DNA of 63,869 nucleotides, filler included. It is 13 parts of 13 records of this genome, joined end to end, with 100 filler letters (N's around TTAATTAATTAA, not from the genome) between each part and the next. Parts side by side here need not be neighbours in the genome. Positions count along the whole stretch, not along the records: positions 1 to 6,445 come from SRR7504441_17213; positions 6,546 to 11,057 come from SRR7504441_17215; 11 more parts are not named here. The stretch is one strand, 5' to 3'. Below are positions 1-11,157 of the stretch, piece after piece. A program made the position numbers and the translations under genes. The notes under the pieces are model-generated. The model was not told the origin of the DNA and did not search any database. It was given only the letters and a program-made list of their open reading frames with translations. The first letter of the stretch is position 1; each line of letters begins with the position of its first letter.

Positions 1-294
1 TTTGACAATTTTATCGCAGTGCGTTGACATAGATCGGACAAGTCGTTTACTTAATAATTAAAAGCCAAGGAGTGCTCATTTGTTGCCCCTAAGCCGCAGG
101 ATAATTGAATAATTGATCAAACATGATTATTAACTCGACGTGGTTTTATCAATCGATTCTTCAGTTTTAAGCGCGACTCATTCGGTTGGGTTGAGTCAAG
201 CATAGATCTATCCGCAATGATGAATGTAGATGAATGAATGGTATGTTGCACCATTGCTAAAAGGATGCGAGCGACATGCAGACTGGAGTTCTAA

Positions 295-2517
295 TCAGAT
301 CAAATAGAATGTTCTGACCCCTAACTGCACCACCTCTGACCAGTCACTGGGCTTGCTCCACTGGTTGCTGCCAATCTCGGCCCGCACACGGAACCGGTAC
401 GCCCCGCCCGAATGCAGTCTACTTATTGTACAGACTCTGCTCGTGTGTCCATCCACCACCTGTCCGGCCCATCAGCACAGCTGCTCGGGCCGCCTCTTGC
501 CTCTACTGCGCCATCGTCCTCCTCGGCGCCGGGGCTTTGCAGCATGTACTCCATCCGGTACCTTGGTATCGAATCTGGCCACGGGCTCGCCCCCGCCCTC
601 GCTCCAGTCCGCACCGGAAGGCCCTCGCGGGGCCGCGTCCCAGACCAGCGTGACGCTGTCCTTGGTGCACTTGACAGGGGTCGGCCGGGGGGGTGGCGGG
701 CCGTTAGGCTCCCAGCCGTGCTGCGCCGGGGCGGCCCGGATCGGGGACTTGAGCAGCGGCCTGCGCAGGCTTGACCGGATCCAGGCAGCGGGCACCGGGT
801 CGGGCTGGGCTGGGGGCTCTCGTTCGGCTGCTCTATGTACTGGGACATGGCTTGCCGGATCTCGGCAGCTACATGTGGCGAGATCTTGTCCATTATTGTC
901 TGCCGGCCCTGATCGGATCCGCTGAACGGCCAGGCACCTTGGCTGCTGTGATGTCGTCCTTCGTCGGGGTCTGCGAAGGGCTGCGCGGCTTGGACGCCCT
1001 GGGCAGGCTGCCGTGCGAGCTAAGCACCTGCCCTCAGCTCAGACGCGCTGGCCAGACCGCCGGCTGCCTGGAGCAGGCTTTTGTCCAGTACTGGCATCAG
1101 CCGCTGCAGGTTGGCGAGCGTGTTGCGCGACAGCCCGCCCGACGGCACCCGGAAGGCCCAGTCGCCCATCGCCGGCGACTCGGATATGACCTGCTGGTCG
1201 TCGGCCCGCACGATCGACTCGGCCACTCCGTAGGCCACGTCGGCTTGCGAGAGCGTGTCGCTCGTGTGGCGCATGTTGCTGTTGATTGCCTCAAGCTGCC
1301 TGGTGCACTCCTCCTCGACCTCAGCAAGGATCTCCTCCTCCCTCGCCAGCAGCGCCCGGTGCAGCGCCTCGAAGTGCTCCCTAGTCGTCTCCACTGACGC
1401 GTTCGCCGCGGCCACCACCGCTTGCGCGTCCGCCTCCAGCACCGCCTCCGCGTGCTTCACCCCCACAATCGTCTGCCGCAGCTTCCCCGACGCCTCCTGC
1501 GCCTCCAGCTTGGCGTCCGCCGCTCGCTTCCAGCCTGTGAAGCTGCCCCCTGCCGGCTGTCCCCCCATGAGCCCTGCCAGCTGCGCGGCGCACACCTGTC
1601 GAGGCTCACGGGCAGCCACCGGCGGCCGCTCAGCCGGCATGTAGCCTGGCAGCCCCGTGTTGGGCACACTGCCCGCCATCAGCGGGGCTCGGGACCGGGG
1701 GCACCTCTCGCGGTACCGCTGGCCTGCCTTCTCCATCGCCGGCAGCCTTGGCTCCGGTGGCGTGAGCACCAAGGCCTCAAGCGCCTCAGGGTAGAGGTTG
1801 TAGCTGCCCCGCCGGTGAGCCGAGCCCGCGGGCGCCGGCACCGCTCGCCCGGGGTGTTGGGCCTCCGGTTCTGGAGTGTGGCTGACGCCTGGTCGACCAG
1901 CTGCCTCGTGTTGTTGATCTGGAGCTGCCGGCGAAGGAACTCGTCCGACTCGCCCCACTGGTGCTCCCACGGCTGCGACTGGGGCGCGGCGTACGCCTGC
2001 TGGTCCTGCTTGTCGCACGCCAGCTTGAGCGACCTGCCCGGCCCTCGGCATCCCGCAGACCGCCCCCGCACTTGGTCTTTTCCTGCAGCTCGTCCAGCTG
2101 GGCGTTGAGCGAGCGCATCACCGCCTCCTGCACAGGGCTGAGCCAACCGGCGGGGCCAACCGCCACCGTCGGCGGCGAGGAGCCGTTTTCGGCCCCGAAT
2201 CCGGCGAGCGAGCTGGGCAGTCCGACATCTCGCATCTCTGTCGACAACAGCATCTCATGCAGTGGGCGGCCAGCCATCGGCTCCTGGGCGGGCGGCGGGG
2301 GCTCCGGGGTGTACGCCGGCTGGAAGCTCGGCCCGGCCCCGTGCGCGAAGGCCGCCCGGAACTCGTCCCGGTCGATCACGCCGTCCCGGTTGGTGTCGAT
2401 CGCCTCAAACTCTGATTCGACCGGCCCGACCGAACGGTCCAGCGCCGGCTCCCGGGAGGGCTCGCGCGCGTCCATCGCCGACTGGATCTCCTGGCGCAGC
2501 GCCTTCCACCGCCCCAT
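295..2517 (-). CDS. EF-hand + coiled-coil + C-terminal fibronectin type III protein (9 exons)
   Basis: EF-hand DTNRDGVIDRDEF; long coiled coil. After removing 8 introns of 35-41 nt (two GC-AG: 460-500, 1028-1067) the C-terminus reads SVTLVWD...YRMEY...LHSGGAYRFRVRAEIGSNQWSKPSDWS, an FN3 signature. Stop TGA 295-297. Start uncertain. Confidence 0.75.
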
Positions 2518-2622
2518 CTCGGCCCGCTTGGCGCACCACCGAGCCTGTCACGCTGTCTGCGCCAGCCTATCCACGCATTCTTGAACGAATCGTTTCCGTT
2601 GTTTTTGGGCCATGCAGGCGTG

Positions 2623-3471
2623 ATGCAGCGGCCCACTCCGGCGGAGGCCGCGGCGTACCTGCGGGACGGGGTGGTGCTGCTCAAGGCGGTGTTGGGCCCG
2701 GAGGAGCTGGAGCTGGCCGCCCGGGCCGTGGCCGGTGCTGTGGCCCGCCCAGGCCCGTTCGCTGAGTTCATCCAGCCCGGCCAGACCGGGGAGGAGGGCT
2801 GCACCGAGTGGGTGATGTTCCAGGACCAGTTCGCCTCGCGCCGGGTGCCCGAAATGGCCGCGCTCGCCCGCAGCTCCAGGCTGGCTGGGCTGATCGGTCG
2901 GCTGATGCGATCGGAGACCGCTTCCTTCTTCTATGACCACACGATTGTGAAACGGCCGAGCGGGCGGTCGGGCGGGTGCATCCCGTGGCACCAGGACCTG
3001 CCGTACTGGCGGATCGACGGGTCACAGGTCGGGTCGGTCTGGCTGCCGCTGGACCGTATGCCAGCCCAAGACGGGGTGCGATGGCTGATCGGATCGCACC
3101 GGTGGGGGCTGTTCAGGCCCAGGCACTTTGCGGACGCCTCGCCGTACGCCGGGACCGAGCAGATGCCCAGCATGCCGGACATCGACCGCATGATCGCGGC
3201 CGGCCAGGCGACTGCGGTCCAGTTTGAGGTTCAGCCGGGCGACCTGCTCGCATTTGACGCCCGGATTGTGCATGGCTCACGGGGCAACTCGAGCCGGGCC
3301 GAGCACCGGCGGGTGGCGCTCAGGTTTGGGGGAGACGACGCGGTGTACCGAGAGCGGGCTGGGGAGACGGCGATCCCTACGGCAGACGTGCAGCACGGGC
3401 GGCGAGACGGGGATCCGATCGGGTGCGAGGCTTTCCCGATTGTGTGGCGCAGCGCGCATGCCAAGCTATGA
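2623..3471 (+). CDS. Phytanoyl-CoA dioxygenase (PhyH) family Fe(II)/2OG oxygenase
   Basis: PWHQD (HxD), VWLPLD, GSHRWG, PGDLLAFDARIVHGS and RR motifs; intronless. Confidence 0.9.
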   Translation: MQRPTPAEAAAYLRDGVVLLKAVLGPEELELAARAVAGAVARPGPFAEFIQPGQTGEEGCTEWVMFQDQFASRRVPEMAALARSSRLAGLIGRLMRSETASFFYDHTIVKRPSGRSGGCIPWHQDLPYWRIDGSQVGSVWLPLDRMPAQDGVRWLIGSHRWGLFRPRHFADASPYAGTEQMPSMPDIDRMIAAGQATAVQFEVQPGDLLAFDARIVHGSRGNSSRAEHRRVALRFGGDDAVYRERAGETAIPTADVQHGRRDGDPIGCEAFPIVWRSAHAKL

Positions 3472-3502
3472 CGGTTGGTTAAATACTGTTATTTGAATTT
3501 AT

Positions 3503-4174
3503 TCAAGCTTGCTTTCGTTTGTTTGTTTGTACGAGTTTGTCAGGATCCATGTGTACTATCATTAAATGCCGATGGACACCGAACTGCCACTCCGGACTAG
3601 ATCTATACTTTGCGGAAGGTCTGAGCCGGCCACTGTTCCGCCTGGGGCCAGAGCCGCGAGGCCTGATGCCTGGAGCCCCGCGTGGCCTGCCTCCCCCCCA
3701 CACACCCCGGTGCACCGTCTCGTGGACAATCATCTAGACAATCATCCGCGGTCAGAAGCACTTCCTTTTGCCACTACTCTTGCCACTGCTCACCCTTCGC
3801 TTCGGAGTGTTCGGCTGCAACGCGCTGGTGGCCGGATGCTTAAACCAGCCGCCCTCAAACCAGCCACCCTCCGACTTGCTTCGCCGGTGCCGGGCCGGCT
3901 CCTCCGTCACCGCGGCCAGCTCTTGCCGCCCGACAGTCTGGGGCCAGTGGACAGACTTGCCGCCCCCACTGTTCGATCGCTCCCGGCCGCCATCGTCCGG
4001 CGCGAGCGACTCGCGCGGCGAGGTGCCGAGCGCCCTCTCGATCAGCTCTTCCCGAGCGCCAACGCCGCCCTGGCTCGCCCGCTTCCACACGCCGGCCAGT
4101 TCCTCTCTATCCCGGCCGCTCTGCTTCTCGGCCGATCGGTCCTTGGCTTTGCACGGGCACGGGTTGGCCCCCAT
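3503..4174 (-). CDS. Hypothetical protein, possibly N-myristoylated (MGANPCPC)
   Basis: Open frame from ATG 4174; a probable GT-AG intron joins it to the 3503-3733 frame; no recognisable domain. Confidence 0.35.
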
Positions 4175-4326
4175 CGACGGTGCCCCTCGAGCGCTACCCC
4201 CTCCGCAGGAAGGGGCCAGCCCTCCGCGGCGGCGAGATCGTCGGTTGGAAATCCTGCTTATGAAAAGTTCGACCAAACGGCTCGGCCTGTTCTGCGTCCA
4301 AATCGGTCGCCGAGCTCCGCAGCGGG

Positions 4327-4852
4327 ATGCCGGCGCGGGGCCGGTGCCGGGTGGGGGGGATGCAGCTGTCCTGGTCGCTGCCGGTGGACCTGGCCCCGAG
4401 CATCCGCGTGGGCGGCAAGGAGAAGTGCCCGGACCCGTTCGGGCGCGCGTTCGCCACCCGAGTGGACGGGCCGCTCCTCCGGTGCCCGCCCCAGCAGCCC
4501 CCACTGAGCCGGCCGCAGCCCTACCTTTGAATACGCCCCGCCGACCGACCAGAAACGGGTGTGGTCGCCGCTGGCTGCTGGGCCCAACCAGGGGGCAGAT
4601 TGCGGCCAAGAACGCCGACTTCTACTGCGCGCGCGGGTGCTGTTTGCCAACCAGAGCTGGAGCCGATTTAAAGAATCACTTCAAATCAAATTACAGACTG
4701 CAGCCATTGAGAACATTGACATCGAAGACAACTTCCCAGCCATTCCCCTAGCCCCGCCGAAGATTACAGCTGCGGAGAAGCCCTACCAAACCTCGCTTTG
4801 CTCATGGATGCGTGAGCACCGCGACTTCGATAATATTGAGCGGACCCGATGA
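4327..4852 (+). CDS. Small spliced hypothetical protein
   Basis: Two typical ~37-40-nt GT-AG introns join short frames; 3' end ambiguous (4751 or 4852). Confidence 0.3.
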
Positions 4853-4980
4853 TACGAACTTTGTGTTTGGCTAGCCTCTAGATATACTCTAAAATTGATA
4901 TTAAGTGAAATACAAACACGATTGTAACATTCATGCATTGATCTATGAATTCAATCATTCGACTTAATTCTGAACGAAGA

Positions 4981-6279
4981 TCAGTCAGGCGCCGCCACGC
5001 CTCGCACCGTACACATGACTCGCATCACTGGCGCAAACAGCTCAAACACCCGGTCGCTCGCCTCGCGCTCTCCAGTCAGTTCGAGTCCCGTAGCAATCAC
5101 GGTCCTGGCCTTGGCCTGTAGCACATGCCCCTCCATATGCTTCCCAAACCATTCCTCAAGCCAAAACGCCTCCGTGCGGATCCGCTCTTGCAATTCCGGG
5201 GCAGCCCGGCCGGCCCTCAGGCTGGATACGGCCTGGAGCAGCCACGCCCACCCGAGCAGTGCACAGAGCCAGTGCGTCGGTCCGCACGCCTCCCTGCACT
5301 CGGCCCGCAACTGCTCCAGCTCTCCATGGCTGGCTGGCAGCAGCCCGTTGGACACCCGGTCCAGCGGGCAGACGGCCAGCACCTTATCAGTGAGCCGCTG
5401 CTCGCGCTCTAACGGCATCCGCTCGGCGGTCCAGCTGCCACAGCTGGCCGCACACTGCCAGGTGAGCGGACTGGCCGCCTCAGAGTCGAGCTCGGACCCC
5501 AGCAGGCAAGCAGCCTCCGCGCCACAGCCCGGGCAGCGCAGCGTGCGCGACCGGTCGTGGGGGTGGACGCACCGGGCGCAGCAGCACACAAACCCATTAG
5601 CCTGCCAGCATTGCTCTCTTCTGATGTGCCGCGGTGCCATCCCCAATGCCGAGCTGAACAGTGCCTCGCTCATGTAACTCATGGTCACCGGCTCGCCGGG
5701 CTCAATCGGCCGGAGCGCCCAGTGCCGCACCCGCCCGCCCTCCGCCCGGAACCCGGTGTTGGGCGCGCAGCTGTGCTGCAGCCGGGCATGCTTCCCAAAC
5801 AGCTGCAGCCCGGTCTTGTTCTGCTCCACCGCCTTGATCGCCTCCACCAGCCGGTCTGCGCGCTCGTCCAGGCGCTCTGCCGCCAGCCAGGCCGCCAGCC
5901 CGCCGAGGTAGCCCTCCTCAGCCGGGAGCGCCTCGGGCAGCTGGCTCAGCCTGAGCACAGTCTCCCGCCGCTCGGCCGACAGCTCGACGAAGGCCTCGAC
6001 CATCTGCAGGTGCTCCCGCGGGGCCCCACCCGCCCCGTGCGCGCCCAGGCACCGGCGCAGACGAGCCGTCCGATCGGAGGGCACCACCGCCCCAAAGTCG
6101 AGCAGCAGCCGATCTTCGAGCACCAGCGCCCCCACCGGCCACCCCCGGCCGGATACCGTCTCCAGCCCGTGACTGGTGGTGGGCCGGAGCCACAGACCCG
6201 GCGCCAGCTCGCATCGGTGTGCCCGGCGCGCGAGCGGCGTCCCAAAGCGGCCGCCGCACCGATCGCAGGTGGTCACCAT
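4981..6279 (-). CDS. SET-domain (SMYD-like) lysine methyltransferase with post-SET Cys cluster
   Basis: ARLQHSCAPN, ALRPIEPGEPVTMSY, FVCCCARC and a CPGC...WQC zinc ribbon; N-terminal CxxC...RRAHRC. Confidence 0.85.
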   Translation of the reverse strand: MVTTCDRCGGRFGTPLARRAHRCELAPGLWLRPTTSHGLETVSGRGWPVGALVLEDRLLLDFGAVVPSDRTARLRRCLGAHGAGGAPREHLQMVEAFVELSAERRETVLRLSQLPEALPAEEGYLGGLAAWLAAERLDERADRLVEAIKAVEQNKTGLQLFGKHARLQHSCAPNTGFRAEGGRVRHWALRPIEPGEPVTMSYMSEALFSSALGMAPRHIRREQCWQANGFVCCCARCVHPHDRSRTLRCPGCGAEAACLLGSELDSEAASPLTWQCAASCGSWTAERMPLEREQRLTDKVLAVCPLDRVSNGLLPASHGELEQLRAECREACGPTHWLCALLGWAWLLQAVSSLRAGRAAPELQERIRTEAFWLEEWFGKHMEGHVLQAKARTVIATGLELTGEREASDRVFELFAPVMRVMCTVRGVAAPD

Positions 6280-6445
6280 GCAGACGGGCTGGCGGGTGTG
6301 CCCTGATAAAATAAAAATGTGGAGACCTGCAACCGCTGCATTTGATTTGTTTTGTGGGGGGACCCCGTTGCAAGATGGCAGGACTCCGGGAATGCGCGGT
6401 TCTGACTCTTGTCGCGGTCGCCGGGGCTCTGTCCCCAGATAGTGT

Positions 6446-6545
6446 NNNNNNNNNNNNNNNNNNNNNNNNNNNNNNNNNNNNNNNNNNNNTTAATTAATTA
6501 ANNNNNNNNNNNNNNNNNNNNNNNNNNNNNNNNNNNNNNNNNNNN
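6446..6545. other. Artificial contig spacer (first of 12)
   Basis: N44-TTAATTAATTAA-N44 (stops in all six frames). Others at 11058-11157, 18060-18159, 22073-22172, 26057-26156, 29873-29972, 33481-33580, 40379-40478, 46018-46117, 50008-50107, 54226-54325, 59270-59369. Confidence 0.99.
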
Positions 6546-6757
6546 ACCAGTGGGGTGAACGTGCACCTTGTGATTGCAAGCCCTGATTTGGTTGCATCAG
6601 ATTCTGCAGTCAGTCCATACATGTACATGTAAAGAAAATAAACACGATATCGATATAAGTGTACAATAGATTTATCGGGCCCAGATCGGACCTTCTAGAT
6701 GTACCTCGGGCGCAATTGTACCTTGTGCTATACCCGTGCGCTTGGTGCTTGTTCAAT

Positions 6758-7826
6758 TCATTCCTCTCCCACTTTCTCTTGTTCGCTATGCGGCGATTGC
6801 ACACTCAAAATTAAAATTGCCCGGTGTCCGGGGGTTTCCATGCCTGCTTTCTCGATCAGACGATCTAGCAAGATGCCGCCTGAATTCAGGTTGCAAGCCA
6901 CTTGCTGCATCAACTCCCAAGAAAGAGCCGCTGTTCCCAATACGCGTGTATACTGCGATAGCCCCAGTGGCTTTAATCTCGATGCAAGCTCAGGATCGAA
7001 GTCATCTCTGTCCTCGGGCTCTTGGGCAAGTTCGGTCATTGCTTGTCCCCAAGGCCTTGCTGCAAAATCCATGCACACCCCAGAACAGTATAGGAAGAGA
7101 CCGACTGCAATCAGTCCGAGTATCAACCCACTCACAGCGCACGCCTGCACCCTAAAGCTGTCCCAAGCCAGCACGTGACCCACTGCCTCCGTTATTATGC
7201 CCACCATCAGGAGTATAAACGTTGGTGGCCCGAGTGAATAGTGGATGAAAAACTGAGTACCGCACTCCATAAGAAAGGCCCGTCGCCTCAAGATAGGGAT
7301 ACTATGGATACTCAGAGTCGCGTAGACACAGGAACCGACAGCAATCAGGCAGGTGGGCGAGAGGGTACACCTGTGCAACCGGTAACCGCACAGATTCACA
7401 GCAGGATGACCAGCAAAACCACGAAATGCCATAAAGCGTGGTGCGGCCTGGGTTCATGCTACCGTCAATCATCGGCTCGCTGGTGTAAAAGTCTCTCCTG
7501 AGCGCAAACTCTGTAGCCATCACGCCAAGCAGTGCATAGTAGAGCGCAACCATGGTCAGATTCGAGTCGGTTAGGTCCACGATCCGATGTGCATCGTCGG
7601 GAAGCATATACCTATGTATACCTCTGTTCAGAGGGTGCAATCCTCCGAGAAGGAGCAACGCGGCCGTATACCAAACCCGGCCTGTTGGGTGCCACTCCCC
7701 TAGCGGCCTGCGTTCCAACTCACTAACCTTTGCATTCAGGCGCTGCTCCTGGCGGTCAGGTCCCGCCTCTGCCTCCTCGCAGCTGTCGACGTGATGCCGT
7801 CCGCGACAAGCAGCCAGCGAGATCAT
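6758..7826 (-). CDS. Multi-pass membrane protein with C-terminal SAM-like domain
   Basis: Several hydrophobic helices across two frames joined by a 40-nt GT-AG intron (~7371-7410); tail LKPLGLSQYTRVL...LIEKAGMETPGHRAILI resembles SAM. Confidence 0.6.
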
Positions 7827-7901
7827 CGGCACTGTCCGACCCACGGGGTGCCAGGATTGCCGTTGCCACTGCACACCACCCGGCCGACTCACCCGAAGAC
7901 A

Positions 7902-9377
7902 ATGAAGACTTGGGCCGTCTCTGGACTGCTCACTCTGCTGGCCGGGGCTGCCTCCGCCCTGGGCGGGCTCGACCTGACCCCGTTCGTCTTGGCCGGGGAC
8001 CACCAGGGCGGGCAGCAGGCCGCCAAGGTGCAGTTGCCTGGCGACCCGCTCGGGCTCAGCTCGTACGCCGGATTCGTAGAGACTTCCCCGGGCCGGCACA
8101 TGTTCATGTGGTACTTCCCGGCCCAGACCGGCGAGGCCGACGCCCCGCTCCTGATCTGGCTCCAGGGCGGACCGGGCGGGAGCTCGCTCTTTGGGTTGTT
8201 CTCCGAGATGGGCCCGTACTCGCTATCGCCGGAGCTCGGGTTGGTTGACCGGCCGTACAGCTGGAATAAGAAGTACGGGATGCTGTTCATCGACAACCCG
8301 GTGGGCGCCGGATTCTCGTATCCGGACGAGATCGACGGGCCGCGTGGCTACTGCACCGACACCAAGGGCTGCATCTCGGACAATTTGTACAGCCTGGTGC
8401 AAGCCTTTTATAAGATCTTCCCACAGCAGCTGAGCGTACCTCTCTTCATCACCGGCGAGAGCTATGGAGGACACTATGTCCCCGGGCTGGCACACAGGGT
8501 CCACAAAGCCAACTTTGCTCTTGGGCAATGTGCTCAAGATTCAGATTGCCCTGCCTCGTCCTACTGTGTCCGTCCGCACCCCCCGGAGCCGGGCATGTGT
8601 CACGGGGCGCGGGCGAGCAGTGGCGATCAGATTGTACCGCTGCGGGGGATAGCGGTGGGTGATGGCTGGATTGACCCGGTCAACATGATCCCAGGCTACC
8701 CAGACATGTTCTTCAACCAAGGGTTAGTCTCGCTTAAACAGAAGGCGGTCATCCAGGATTACTGCGACCGGTGCGTGGCCCAGATCAAGGCGGGCAACAT
8801 GACTGCCGCCTTTGAGATCTGGGACGTGATGCTGAACGGTGACATCTTCCCGTACCCCAATCTCTTCCACAACATGACGGGATCCAACGACTACGACAAC
8901 TTCCTTCGGACTGATGCACCCAAAGAGTTCAGCCTATTCGCCGCCTATGTCAATCAGTCGGCTGTTCGCGCCGCAATGCACACCGGCGACGTGCCCTTCG
9001 GGGCGGGCAGCCGGCAGTGTGAGATGCACTTGGTGCCAGACTTCCATGTGAGCCTTGCTGCTGAGCTAGTCGACCTGCTCGAGGCTGGCCTGTACCGGAA
9101 CTTCATCTACAGCGGGCAGCTGGACGTGATCATCGGCGCGGCGCTCACTGAGAGGTTCCTGAACCTGCTCCCGTGGGCGGGACTCGAGCAGTACCGCGCG
9201 GCCGACAGGAAGGTGTGGCGAGACCCGACGGCGGAGGACCCAGTGTCCGGGTACGTAATCGAGGCTGGAAACCTGACGCAGGTCCTGATTCGCGGGGCTG
9301 GGCACATTGCGCCCTACGATCAGCCGCGCCGCAGCCGGGACATGATAGATCACATGGTGCTCGGCACGCCGTTCTGA
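7902..9377 (+). CDS. Secreted serine carboxypeptidase (S10, CPVL-like)
   Basis: Signal peptide; WLQGGPGGSS, FIDNPVGAGFSY, TGESYGG (catalytic Ser), YSGQLD, GAGHIAPYDQP; intronless. Confidence 0.95.
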   Translation: MKTWAVSGLLTLLAGAASALGGLDLTPFVLAGDHQGGQQAAKVQLPGDPLGLSSYAGFVETSPGRHMFMWYFPAQTGEADAPLLIWLQGGPGGSSLFGLFSEMGPYSLSPELGLVDRPYSWNKKYGMLFIDNPVGAGFSYPDEIDGPRGYCTDTKGCISDNLYSLVQAFYKIFPQQLSVPLFITGESYGGHYVPGLAHRVHKANFALGQCAQDSDCPASSYCVRPHPPEPGMCHGARASSGDQIVPLRGIAVGDGWIDPVNMIPGYPDMFFNQGLVSLKQKAVIQDYCDRCVAQIKAGNMTAAFEIWDVMLNGDIFPYPNLFHNMTGSNDYDNFLRTDAPKEFSLFAAYVNQSAVRAAMHTGDVPFGAGSRQCEMHLVPDFHVSLAAELVDLLEAGLYRNFIYSGQLDVIIGAALTERFLNLLPWAGLEQYRAADRKVWRDPTAEDPVSGYVIEAGNLTQVLIRGAGHIAPYDQPRRSRDMIDHMVLGTPF

Positions 9378-9633
9378 TCTGTTTTGTACGAGAACGAGTC
9401 AGCATACACCGAGGCTGTCATAGCCATGGTCATAGCGTAGACCTAACATTAAAATTGACCATGTTATGAGACGACGTTACGACGTTATGAGCTGGCTGCA
9501 AAGTCGCTCATCGTCCTGCTGCGCCGTGTCAAGTACAACATGCAGTTGCCAGCTGGCCGCACGCGCTGAGTTCACGGGTGACTGATCTTGGTACCGCGGG
9601 AGCGTCGATCGCCAGGCCGAACCAGGAGTGGGC

Positions 9634-11057
9634 ATGTCTGGCGGCCTGCGGGAGGACCGGGTGGTGGAGGCGGTGCGCTTCCTCACCAATGACCAGGCAC
9701 TGCCCCGGACCGCGCCCCGCTTGTGAGCCGGCAGGCAGGTCCGGGCTGGTACCAGGGAGGACAAGTTGGCTTTTCTGCAGAAGAAGGGTCTCAGCCAGCT
9801 CGAGTGCGACGAGGCGTTTAGGCGGGCTGGACTGACGAGCAGCCCGGCGGCTAATAATACAACCGGTCCGTGGTCCAGCACCCAGCAGCACCGGCCCAGC
9901 CAGCCGGCCCAGTACGCTCCCCCGCAGGTACCCCACCACGGCGGTCGGCGGCTTATGTTCTCGGGGGCTCAGACGGTGCAATATGGGATGCTCCCGCTGC
10001 CACCGCCGCCCGAGGTGCGCCTGTGCCCCTGCAATTCTGACCCGATGGACAGCCGTCGCCCCCCGTCTGGCGAACCATGCTACTGGGCGTCGGGGCACTC
10101 GGTACCGTGGGCCTGGCCTTCGCAGCCGGCATGCGCTGGTGAGCCGGCGTGGGGGCGTGCTGGATGAGTGGTCGCGCAGGTTAGGGGAATGGAAGTCTGC
10201 TGACACGCAGAGCCCAGGCGACGACCAGCCGGGGGCGGAAGCTGCGGCGGCGCCGACTGAATCGGCACCCTGGAGGGGCAAGGGGGCTGAGGCCGAGCAG
10301 AACGGCAAGCTGGAGCAAGAGATCCAGGGGTACCTGGGCCCAGCTGGCCATTTGCGGCGGCGAGTGAGTGTGGGGCAGGTTGAAAGATCTGCTTAGAGAG
10401 CAGGCGAACGACTTCCGCGAGCAGATAAGGAGGCTGGAGACAGAAGCGGCGGCCAACAAGGCCGTGCAGGACGAGAGACACCGGTCTGCGGAGATGGCCG
10501 CACTTAAGGCCGCCGCCGCAGCCAAGGCCGAAGCCAAGGCCGAAGCGAAGGGCGAGTCTGCTGATGACAAGACAGTAGAGTCGAAGCGACCTTTCTCTAC
10601 AGCCCCGGGTAGCTGGCATTGCGCCAGCATAGGTCTGACTGATGCTGCTGTTCAGGTCGGACACTTGGACCGAGCGGCCGGGCCTGGCCATACTCAAAGC
10701 CGCTAGAACGGGCGCAGACTGCTCCTGCCGAGGTTGCAAACCAATCAGACATGCCAGCTGGGCCGGAGGCTGGGCAACAGCAACAGGAGCAGCCACAGCA
10801 GCCTCTCCCCGTCGTGCAGGAGCAACAGAATGGCTTCCAGCCGCAGCAGGCAGTGCAGCCGGCCCCGTTGGCTGAACAATCGCCTAATTCTGTCCAACCT
10901 TTAGAACAAGCAGCCCCAACTGTGCAGGCATATCGACCGCAGCAAGCAAACCCTTTCCAGCCACTGCAAGCTAGCCCTGCCCAACCGCAACAAACTAGCC
11001 CCGCCCAATTGCAGCAAGCTAGCCCCGCACAGCCCCAGGGGTATCAGCCTCAGCAAG
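9634..11057 (+). CDS. PEX14: Peroxin Pex14 (3' truncated at contig end)
   Basis: Spliced N-terminus MSGGLREDRVVEAVRFLTNDQ|VRAGTREDKLAFLQKKGLSQLECDEAF is the Pex14_N signature, followed by a TM segment, coiled coil and Q/P-rich tail. First intron 9697-9738 is GC-AG and contains an in-frame TGA. Confidence 0.9.
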
Positions 11058-11157
11058 NNNNNNNNNNNNNNNNNNNNNNNNNNNNNNNNNNNNNNNNNNN
11101 NTTAATTAATTAANNNNNNNNNNNNNNNNNNNNNNNNNNNNNNNNNNNNNNNNNNNN

